Source of the DNA: Candidatus Heimdallarchaeota archaeon
GTDB lineage: Archaea; Asgardarchaeota; Heimdallarchaeia; JABLTI01
NCBI GenBank assembly: GCA_018238155.1
Contig: JABCTZ010000026.1
Coordinates: 1-64,000 of the forward strand
Length of the DNA: 64,000 bases
Reading direction: 5' to 3'
The position numbers were made by a program, and so were the translations under genes. Under the pieces are notes generated by a model. That model was given only the letters and a program-made list of their open reading frames with translations, ran no database searches and was not told where the DNA came from. Positions 1 through 8,434 of this stretch are shown piece after piece; the first letter of the stretch is position 1, and each line of letters opens with the position of its first letter.

Positions 1-699
1 AGTATAAAATACTAAACTTTTATTGAGATCTCCTTTCATTGAATGGATAATACCAATATTATTTAGTGCACTACTTATCGAAATAACATATCCTGATTTT
101 AGCCAATAGGAGTGAGCTTTCTGATAAAATTCTAATGCCTGATCAACATTTCCAGAATCAGCTTGATTACTCCCTAAGAGATTGAATAAACTACCAATTA
201 AGCTATCATTTTTGATATCCGCAATAATCTCTAAACCTTCAGAATAATACTTGAACCCAAGTTCATATTCGCTTCTTATTTGGGTTATTTGTCCTTTTAT
301 TAAGATTATTTCTAGTTGTAGTTCAGCTTTTTGGGCTACAGTTAGTTTTGTTTCATTTTGTAATGCTTTTTCTAACGATTTAATACTTTTATTGCAATCT
401 TTGTAAGATCTTATTCTATAATATACATAAGAAAGATCTATTTTTGCTCTATAATAATAATAGATTAATTTATCATCGTCTTTACTTTGTTCAATAATTA
501 GATTTGCAATTGTTCTATTCTCTTCATATCGTCCCATCCAATCATTGGTTCTGTTCAGCAATAATAAAAGTTTAAGTTTGTTTTTAGCACTAAAGTCAAA
601 TTTTTTCAAATTCGTTTCAATATACTCCAGTGTTTTCTCGAGAAGTCCTTCTTTTAAAAATTGTTTACTTTTAGTTAGTATGGTTTGCTGTATACTCAA
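1..699 (-). CDS. TPR-repeat protein, tandem paralog of 913..2793; 5' part only, runs off the window
   Basis: Not in the ORF track. Manual translation from TTG at 699 gives MSIQQTILTKSKQFLKEGLLEKTLEYIE...YYYYRAKI...SALNNIGIIHSMKGDLNK, collinear with the 913..2793 protein. Confidence 0.85.
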   Translation of the reverse strand, partial: MSIQQTILTKSKQFLKEGLLEKTLEYIETNLKKFDFSAKNKLKLLLLLNRTNDWMGRYEENRTIANLIIEQSKDDDKLIYYYYRAKIDLSYVYYRIRSYKDCNKSIKSLEKALQNETKLTVAQKAELQLEIILIKGQITQIRSEYELGFKYYSEGLEIIADIKNDSLIGSLFNLLGSNQADSGNVDQALEFYQKAHSYWLKSGYVISISSALNNIGIIHSMKGDLNKSLVFYT

Positions 700-912
700 A
701 TATATAAACCCCGTATTTTTTGTCGGATTGTTTCCTATATATATGGTATTTTGCTTATTTAAGGGAATTTATATAGGATAATAACGATACAAAAAATTTG
801 TTTGTTTATTTTTCTCAATGAAAAGTCAATCAAATTCTGGCAAAAATAAAGATAAAACTAAAGGATAAGAATCTTGTAAGAGAATAAAAAAAGATAGATG
901 ATAAAATAAAAT

Positions 913-2793
913 TTACCAACCTATTTGTCGTTTCTGTAAAGATTGGGCAAAACCTGCCAAGTCCTTCATACTGGGAGCACTTGTAGATGCATTTGTTGAA
1001 TAGGTTTCTACCCTGTTTTGCTTCATTGAAAACAGTAACCCTTCAAGTTTAATAGCTCCAAGACGATCTAACATAGTAGTTTCTTCTCCACTTATTAATT
1101 TATTATAGGAATCATCTGAATTCTTCTGTGCTTTCTTAACTACTTTATTTAATAACTTGTATCCTTTTTCTTCAGAAATTTGTTGTGCTTTCTCAAATAA
1201 TCTACTAGCAGCTTTTAAATCAGGTTTAAGTAATTCTAATTTGCCTTTGAGTAGATATGTTTTTGCAAGTAAAGAGAAAGCATTTTGTGTTTCACCGATT
1301 TCTACAAGTTTATTTGTTAGTAAGTCTAATTCATCTAGAATGCTTTCATTACCTAATATCTTCAATTCCATGATCAACAGTTCACACAAATTGAAAATAC
1401 CTTCAACGATTCGTTCATAATCTATGACTTCGCCATTGATTATTTCACTAATGATATCTTTAGCAGTTACAAATCGACCTAAAATAGTATAAAGTGAAGC
1501 AAATGATATTTCATCAGAAGTATTTTCTTCAGATTGCAGTACAAATGCTTTTGATAATCGATGAAGCATAGTCACATGCTTATTTTCTTCTTTTTCAGAT
1601 ATATCATAAAGCTTGGTAAGATATTCCTTTGCTTCTTTCATTGAGTTTGTTTCTAAAGAGATCTTGATCAATTGATATATACCTTGAGATGCTTGAACGT
1701 CATTAGTAATCTTCTCAGAGTTTTTCACACTAATTTCTGTGTACTGTTTAGCTTTTCTAAAATCCATTTTTGAGAAATAAACTTCTCCAATAGATAAGTA
1801 TACTTGGGCAATATAGAAAGCATTATCATAATCATTAAATATTTTCTTGGTTTTATTTAGGAATTCAAGTGCAATATCTAATTCTCCTTTTCTTTGATAA
1901 TATTGTCCTATACTTAAATATGAAAGACCAATTCGCATTTTATTATTTACTTCAAGAAACAATTTCAATGCTTTTTGATTATAATAATTAGAAGTATCAA
2001 GTTCACCTTTCAAATAATAGAGATAACCGATATTATGTAATTGATTGGCAATGTTTTCTTTGTTACCTGTTTTTTCATTCAATTTGAGTGCTTTTAAGAA
2101 GAAATCAAGTCCTTGATTAATATCCCCTTTCGTTGAATGAACTATTCCAATATTATTTAATGCCATACTTCTAGAAATAACATTTCCAGATTTTTCCCAA
2201 TGAAATAAAGCCGTGGTGTAATATTTCAATGCTTCATCTAAATTTCCAGAATCACTATGATTATTTCCAAAAAGGTTGTTTAATCTACCTACGAGATCAT
2301 CATTTTTGACATTTTTAGCAATTTTTAATCCTTTGGTATAAAGTTCCACACCAAGTTCAATATCACCACTTTTTGCAGTTACCATTCCATTCATTAAAAT
2401 AATCCTAAGATGAAGCTCATCTATTTGAGATTTATTTATTTTTGTTTCTTTCATTAAAGCTTTTTCTAAAGATTTCAAGTTTTTAGTACACTCTTTGTAA
2501 GAACCAGATCTAAAATGTACCGAAGCAGAGATTATTTTAGCTCTATAATAATAATAGACTAATTCTGGTTTATCTTTTCTTAGTGAAACAATTTGATTAA
2601 CTACTGCCTTATTTTCATCATATTTCCCCATTAAACTATTGGTTTTACTTAATAATAATAAAAGTTCAAGTTTGTTTTCAATACTAAATTCAGAATTATT
2701 CAAACTAGATTCAATATACTTTAAGGCTTCTTCAAGAAGACCTTCGTTTAACAACTGTTTGCTTTCATCTAAGATAATAATTTCTTTGCTCAT
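913..2793 (-). CDS. Tetratricopeptide repeat protein (MalT-like TPRs)
   Basis: Repeated motifs ALNNIGIVH..KGD, LHNIGYLY..KGELD, SIGQYY..KGELD. Confidence 0.85.
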   Translation of the reverse strand: MSKEIIILDESKQLLNEGLLEEALKYIESSLNNSEFSIENKLELLLLLSKTNSLMGKYDENKAVVNQIVSLRKDKPELVYYYYRAKIISASVHFRSGSYKECTKNLKSLEKALMKETKINKSQIDELHLRIILMNGMVTAKSGDIELGVELYTKGLKIAKNVKNDDLVGRLNNLFGNNHSDSGNLDEALKYYTTALFHWEKSGNVISRSMALNNIGIVHSTKGDINQGLDFFLKALKLNEKTGNKENIANQLHNIGYLYYLKGELDTSNYYNQKALKLFLEVNNKMRIGLSYLSIGQYYQRKGELDIALEFLNKTKKIFNDYDNAFYIAQVYLSIGEVYFSKMDFRKAKQYTEISVKNSEKITNDVQASQGIYQLIKISLETNSMKEAKEYLTKLYDISEKEENKHVTMLHRLSKAFVLQSEENTSDEISFASLYTILGRFVTAKDIISEIINGEVIDYERIVEGIFNLCELLIMELKILGNESILDELDLLTNKLVEIGETQNAFSLLAKTYLLKGKLELLKPDLKAASRLFEKAQQISEEKGYKLLNKVVKKAQKNSDDSYNKLISGEETTMLDRLGAIKLEGLLFSMKQNRVETYSTNASTSAPSMKDLAGFAQSLQKRQIGW

Positions 2794-3075
2794 GAAAATT
2801 AGATCCTTTTTTGTCGAGAAATTCTAAACATATGTAGGTATTCAATTTATATAAATCAATTTATTAAGGAAAATGTCGACAAAAAATCAAACCATTTCAA
2901 TATAAATTAATATTCTAATTGTTGTGAAAAAAAATGTTTATAATATAAAAATAGATTTAGAAATTGATAATTCGCTTCATCAATTTCTATTTTTGTAGAA
3001 AATCTATTAAAGCTAATTTTTTGTATTATTAGCTCAACCGTTATCTTAATTAATTCTTTAGCACAATAATATTCG

Positions 3076-3900
3076 GTGTTTAATGATTTGACAATTGTAA
3101 TTTCAGTATCTAGCATTAGAGGAGGAGTTGGAAAATCAAGTTTATCGTTAGAGCTATCGCTATATTTGAGTACAAAAGGTAAAGTATTACTCATCGATAC
3201 AGACTTCTATGCACCTACGATTTTCAATGAAATTAACTCAAGATTAAAGCACAAAGCATTATCTGCTACTAAGCATTTTTCTCGAGATGTTTTCAAAGGA
3301 CTTTGTGAAGTCAAAGATTCAGTTGTAAAAGCTTCTACGAATTTTTATGTTATGTTTAGTGATCCCAAAGTGAATTTATGGGAATTAAGCACAGATATTG
3401 GTACAAAAGAATTTTGGATAGATGAAAATCCAAATAAACCATCTCAAGCGGAATTAGGCTTGGCTAAAATAAAAGAGTATACTGACAAGTTATCTTTTGA
3501 TTTCATTGTATTTGATTCAATGGCAGGAATGGCCTATCCGGTAATATTCTTTAGTTATCTTAGCACATATCCCATTTTTCTTACCAGAGCCTCTCTCCCA
3601 CAAGTAGAGGATGCAGTTGGTTTTATTAATCTAGTAGGCTCTGCAGAAAAACCGATAAATTTAGTTTGGAGCAATGTACCCAATGCGGATTCTTTTCTAC
3701 AAACTACTCGAGCAAAATTGAATCAAGCCATACAAGAAAAATGTGGAAATAGATTCAGAGCTCTAGGTTATATTCCTCGAGATCCGGAATTTGAGAGAGC
3801 AGCATTAGAAGGCAATCTAACAATGATTCCTAATGCTTTGAATTCAGCGTACTTTAAACAATTGAATGTTTTAATAAATACCATGTTCAATAACAAGTAG
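3076..3900 (+). CDS. MinD/ParA-family P-loop ATPase
   Basis: Deviant Walker A RGGVGKSS, VLLIDTD, FDFIVFDS, GYIPRDP. Confidence 0.8.
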   Translation: MFNDLTIVISVSSIRGGVGKSSLSLELSLYLSTKGKVLLIDTDFYAPTIFNEINSRLKHKALSATKHFSRDVFKGLCEVKDSVVKASTNFYVMFSDPKVNLWELSTDIGTKEFWIDENPNKPSQAELGLAKIKEYTDKLSFDFIVFDSMAGMAYPVIFFSYLSTYPIFLTRASLPQVEDAVGFINLVGSAEKPINLVWSNVPNADSFLQTTRAKLNQAIQEKCGNRFRALGYIPRDPEFERAALEGNLTMIPNALNSAYFKQLNVLINTMFNNK

Positions 3901-3907
3901 GCTTTTA

Positions 3908-5263
3908 TTATTTTTCTTCTTCACCAATTGATTTGTGAAAGAGGTTTGAAAGCCCTACGCGTTCTGATTTTTTAATCAGATGATTCTTATCAACTAATTC
4001 TAATTGCTTGCTTTGATTAAATTCGGTCAATACTCCAACAATCTTATCATAAAACCATGAGATTTCAGATAAAATACTTCCATCAACTTCCTCAGGAAAT
4101 GAAATAATGTTCATTTTGAGCTGCTTTACAAGTCCTTTATGTTTCTTATTTAGAAGGGTTTGAATATTCTTACTTTTTTCTTTGGAATGTTTTAGTAGTA
4201 TGGGATGGAACACTTTATGTAGATTTTCTTCCATTCGGTTCAAAATTGTTAGCTCTTTGACGGATTCATTGATGTCAGATCCATAATAAATACCAATTAT
4301 TTCAGTTCTATTTAGATTGGCATTTCTTGCAAAATAATCCAATTTTGAAGGTGTAACAAACCAAAGAATTACTTTTCCAATTTGCATTTTCACAATTTCA
4401 CTCTCAGATTGATATACACGCCACTTAATATTTCTTAAATCTTTAATAGGGGGTATATGATACTGTAAAGCAGTAATTAAATCAAAAAGCGTACCAACCA
4501 ATACTATACTTACAGAAGATTTAACCTGTTTGTCTATAAATCTGAAAGAAGCTTTTGCCAATGAATAAATTGATTCAACTTTTTCGCTAATTGTTAATAA
4601 TTGATGTTCCAAATATCTTTGAATTTGAGATGTTACATCGACATCTGATTGACTTTCAACTGAAAGATTTTGAACTTCATTAATAATCTCTTTTTCTAAA
4701 AGAGAGACTTTTTTATCCGTGAAATTATTTATATCTTGTGCTATTCCGCTTGCAGAACTAAATTTAGTTTTGATCATTCCTTTTGCATGTGTAACCAATG
4801 TTTCAAATTTTCTAGGATAAATTGCTAGAAACAAACTAGCTACAACACTGCCTTGTGAACTTATTCTTTCATCTCTTACAGATTCATCTTTGCTTCTGAA
4901 GACATGAACCAACATATACCAATCCTGATAAGGTATTTCTTCATTGTTTTTATTAGTAAACCCTTGAGTTTTTGGGAGTGGAAAAGGACCAAAAAGATGC
5001 TCGCCTTCAACTTGCTGAATGAATATCGCACTGTAATTTGCAATAAAATTTAACAGTCTTTCAGGGAATTCCTTTCTAGTAGATTCGCTTTGAGCTTTTA
5101 TTTCCATTCCTTTGTCTGTAAAGGAAGCTAAGCTTAGATATAACATAAAATCATCAATATTTTCTACATCATGAAAATCACCTTTTAGAACCGTTTTTTT
5201 AACTTGAAAAGGTGAATCACTTTTTGACCTAATTTTTTTAAATAAATCTCTGACGAAAGACAT
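3908..5263 (-). CDS. Asgard hypothetical protein: longin/uDENN-like domain plus possible degenerate small-GTPase fold
   Basis: 451-aa ORF with upstream GAGG. FGPFPLP...VFRSKDESVRDERI motif is shared with 44554..45336. Confidence 0.55.
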   Translation of the reverse strand: MSFVRDLFKKIRSKSDSPFQVKKTVLKGDFHDVENIDDFMLYLSLASFTDKGMEIKAQSESTRKEFPERLLNFIANYSAIFIQQVEGEHLFGPFPLPKTQGFTNKNNEEIPYQDWYMLVHVFRSKDESVRDERISSQGSVVASLFLAIYPRKFETLVTHAKGMIKTKFSSASGIAQDINNFTDKKVSLLEKEIINEVQNLSVESQSDVDVTSQIQRYLEHQLLTISEKVESIYSLAKASFRFIDKQVKSSVSIVLVGTLFDLITALQYHIPPIKDLRNIKWRVYQSESEIVKMQIGKVILWFVTPSKLDYFARNANLNRTEIIGIYYGSDINESVKELTILNRMEENLHKVFHPILLKHSKEKSKNIQTLLNKKHKGLVKQLKMNIISFPEEVDGSILSEISWFYDKIVGVLTEFNQSKQLELVDKNHLIKKSERVGLSNLFHKSIGEEEK

Positions 5264-5619
5264 TTTTATTCCTCTTATTTTAAGTAGTTATTATGAATGA
5301 ATTATTATCTAAAAATATGTTGATTTCGACAAAACCTTACTCTTAATCTTTCAAAGAATTTTACTTAAAAACGATGTTATTAAGGCATTCAGTAAAATTA
5401 ATAATATTAAAAAGCAAAATTTTACTTTATTTACTATTTGCTTATTTAAAAAGCATTAATGATTAGAAGACACTATTATATTCTGTTTCAGAGGTTTGAA
5501 TATTAAAAGCAAACTTAAAAATAACTTGACTTCTTATCTTAAGAATGATGATTTTTTCTACTGTAAGAAACCAAAGTATTGCTCTGAATATGAAATGAAT
5601 AAATTAAAGCAAAAATACT

Positions 5620-5725
5620 TGGTGCCGAGAGGGAGAGTTGAACTCCCGGCTCAGGAACCACAATCCCGAATGTTGCCAGTATATTTTAGAAAGAATGCTT
5701 CTAACTAAACTTACACCATCTCAGC
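5620..5725 (-). tRNA. tRNA-His(GUG) with an ~30-nt intron in the D-loop; CCA encoded
   Basis: Acceptor stem GCTGAGA/TCTCGGC followed by ACCA, anticodon arm CGGGA-TTGTGGT-TCCTG, T-arm GGGAG-TTCAACT-CTCCC. Extra hairpin-forming segment at ~5679..5710. Confidence 0.9.
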
Positions 5726-5750
5726 TTTGGTGATTTTGAATTACTAATTG

Positions 5751-5760
5751 GGTATAAAAG
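5751..5760 (-). promoter_or_regulatory. Putative TATA box of tRNA-His
   Basis: CTTTTATACC on the minus strand about 26-35 nt upstream of the tRNA 5' end. Confidence 0.45.
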
Positions 5761-6082
5761 TCATTCGAAAGAAGTTGAAATTTAATATGTAAGTAGTTCA
5801 CAATATAATAGCTGACTTTCTTTGTTAAGGTATTTTTAACACTTCATTTTAATCACATATTTTATCCATTTTTGTATAAGATTAACTTCAAAGTTCTTTT
5901 TGTAGTCAAAAGAACAAAAGGCAGATTTCGTTTTGTATAAAACTTCTTCCAAAGGAGAGGAAGCACTTATTCTATTTTACAAACTTATTACTGGTTATTC
6001 TAGTAGTAAATCTAAAAGAAAAATACTTCACTGATCAGTTTATGAAGATTAATAGAAGACAAGAAAAAATCAAACAAAGAAT

Positions 6083-6529
6083 TTACTTCTTCTTAGGTTT
6101 TCGCTTGATAGAAATTAGTTTTTTGATTTCGTTAACGAGTTCTTTGTCAACTACTCTAATAAATAACCAACGACCATCATGCAATTGTTTTGTATTGTCA
6201 AAAAGCTCATTTATTGATTTGCTAAATTCATCTCGCTGTTCGCAATATTTCTCAATTTCCTTCTTACCATAAGTAATTAAAAATGTGAAACTATTCCTTT
6301 CAGGGAAAAATGAACAGAGGGTTTTGTTACTTTTTCTATATCTAACCAACCAGCCATAATTTGTTCCATAAAAAACTGTTTCAGGTTCAATATCATAGTT
6401 TGCTTTCATGAATGATAAAAGCTCATTCCAAGCAGTTTCTGCCTTGACACCAATAAAGCCTACCATTTCAGCTCTAGATGGTTTCTTATCTCTCTCAAGC
6501 ATTCTTTGGTGATCCTTATATTCAACCAT
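6083..6529 (-). CDS. DUF3788-family protein
   Basis: YGWLVRYRKSNKTLCSFFP and HDGRWL motifs, C-terminal IKRKPK. Confidence 0.75.
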   Translation of the reverse strand: MVEYKDHQRMLERDKKPSRAEMVGFIGVKAETAWNELLSFMKANYDIEPETVFYGTNYGWLVRYRKSNKTLCSFFPERNSFTFLITYGKKEIEKYCEQRDEFSKSINELFDNTKQLHDGRWLFIRVVDKELVNEIKKLISIKRKPKKK

Positions 6530-6695
6530 ATTCTATCAGTTGTACAAGTGTTCTTCGAATAAATAAACATTTCAAAAAAGCATCATAGAGAAATATGTTC
6601 ACAAATCATTTCTAATGCAATGGTTAATATCAAAAAAGAATAATGTCAGAGGAATTAGCTCCCTCTGTTTTTTTTCACCTATATTTGAAACGGTT

Positions 6696-8270
6696 TTATT
6701 CCTCAAATTTTTTAGGAACTCTTGCATTACCGTTGTTAATAGTGCCACCTGCAATAACATCATTTACCTGTATTCCTGAAAGTAAGGAAGCAAAAACACC
6801 ATGAACGAATCTTGGTTGATAGAGGTTCTTAATGGGTGTGATCATTGCTAACCGAGATCGTCCAAAATTATCTGGATACGGAGCCATGTCATAAATTGAA
6901 GCTGTGGGTGATCCAGAGTAACGAGCATATGTTGCAGGTGTTGAAATATCCCTTAAAACAATGTGTTTTGTGAGATCTGGGATAACGTATTTCTCAACTA
7001 AGCTGATAAAGTAGTCCGCCCATTTCTCTTTCTTCGCTTTGTACTCTTTCGAATCTTCTTTTCTTAATTTTGCCCAATCAGCTAAAGCCATCGGTACTAC
7101 TCGAATAGTAATATTTGGTTTTCCGCCCGTTGTTAATGAGGGACAAATGATTCCAAAATGGAATTGTTTATCTGTGAATCCGATTTCCCCTTTTTCAAAG
7201 GAGTCAAAGAGTTTATCGAAAGAGCCTTTGCCTGTTGACAAGACATTGTATCCACAATCTAATCCGAGACCAGCTAAATCGATTTCATCATCTAATCCCA
7301 GAGAAATATTAAATGAAGAAGTGGACATTTTGACTGAAGAAACTTTTTTAGCATATTTCTTGTCATATTTAGCAATTACATCTAGTCCAATCATTTGCCT
7401 CATTGCAATATTTGGGTCGAGTGTTGTGATAACATTATCTGAAAGAATCTTTTCACCACTGGCTAGTTTCACGCCTTGAACAACGCCATCATCAATTAAA
7501 ATTTGATCCACTGTAGTATTGAGTAATAATTTTCCTCCTTGAGATAAATAATGTTCAGTTAATTTCTGAGGAAACTCTATGAATCCTTTCTTTGGACGAT
7601 AAGCACCCGCAATAAGCGAATTAATTGCTGAAACGGTCATTAATGCCGCAGCGCGATTTCCAGGAAGACCACTAAATGCTGCATAAGAGTCAAAAATCTC
7701 GATAACCTCATGTTCTGTGATATTGAATTGCTTGAAATATTCATCGAAAGTTTTTGAAGCATTCTTAATTATTTTTGGAGTTGTGAACAACATTTTCAGT
7801 ATTTGGAAAAAATTTGGGTTCAATTTTAATGCAAAGAATTCCTTGTACATTGCTCTTGAGTAATCAAGAAAATGCTCAATTTCCTTTGCATTGTTAGGAT
7901 ATTCAGTCATCAATTTATTCTTGAAATTATTGTATCCGGATGGTATCTCAATTTTGGTTATTTTTTCTGTATTAGGATCTACAATAAAGAATCGTGTATA
8001 GTACCCTTTGAATTCTTTCAAGTCAATTTCTATGCCAAGAAAATCATATAATTCAGACATATCAGGTATCATTTGACAAGTGTCAAAAACGTATCCTTTG
8101 CGTTCGTAAGAAGTAACATATCCACCTGTTTTTGGTTCTTTTTCAATTAGAAGGACAGGTTCTTCTTTTACATTGTGATGGAGTGCCCACGTTAGAGCAG
8201 AGCTTAAACCTGTAACTCCTCCACCGATTACGATTAATCCTTGCTTTTCTTTTGGAATGTTTTTTACCAT
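6696..8270 (-). CDS. FAD-dependent oxidoreductase, phytoene dehydrogenase-like
   Basis: Rossmann IVIGGGVTGL...EKEPKTGG..S...GYVFD and STPATYARYSG. ATG at 8270 preferred over TTG at 8339. Confidence 0.8.
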   Translation of the reverse strand: MVKNIPKEKQGLIVIGGGVTGLSSALTWALHHNVKEEPVLLIEKEPKTGGYVTSYERKGYVFDTCQMIPDMSELYDFLGIEIDLKEFKGYYTRFFIVDPNTEKITKIEIPSGYNNFKNKLMTEYPNNAKEIEHFLDYSRAMYKEFFALKLNPNFFQILKMLFTTPKIIKNASKTFDEYFKQFNITEHEVIEIFDSYAAFSGLPGNRAAALMTVSAINSLIAGAYRPKKGFIEFPQKLTEHYLSQGGKLLLNTTVDQILIDDGVVQGVKLASGEKILSDNVITTLDPNIAMRQMIGLDVIAKYDKKYAKKVSSVKMSTSSFNISLGLDDEIDLAGLGLDCGYNVLSTGKGSFDKLFDSFEKGEIGFTDKQFHFGIICPSLTTGGKPNITIRVVPMALADWAKLRKEDSKEYKAKKEKWADYFISLVEKYVIPDLTKHIVLRDISTPATYARYSGSPTASIYDMAPYPDNFGRSRLAMITPIKNLYQPRFVHGVFASLLSGIQVNDVIAGGTINNGNARVPKKFEE

Positions 8271-8434
8271 AATATCAGCCACTTTTTTCTTAAGTTTATC
8301 TTGGGAATTAATAATATTTTCTGATAATAATTGAAGCAAGATATGCTAAAACAACAAAAAGAACTGTTTTTAGTATAAACATATCGTAGTAGTCCTAAAG
8401 ATTTTTATTTCCTTTTTTAACAATATTTTTTATC

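Noticed and set aside
545-781. 78-aa plus-strand ORF, and similar short antisense ORFs throughout (e.g. 1157, 7039, 11348, 35234, 42398)
   Set aside because: Antisense shadows of well-supported genes, with no motifs
5496-5708. 70-aa ORF
   Set aside because: Overlaps tRNA-His on the opposite strand
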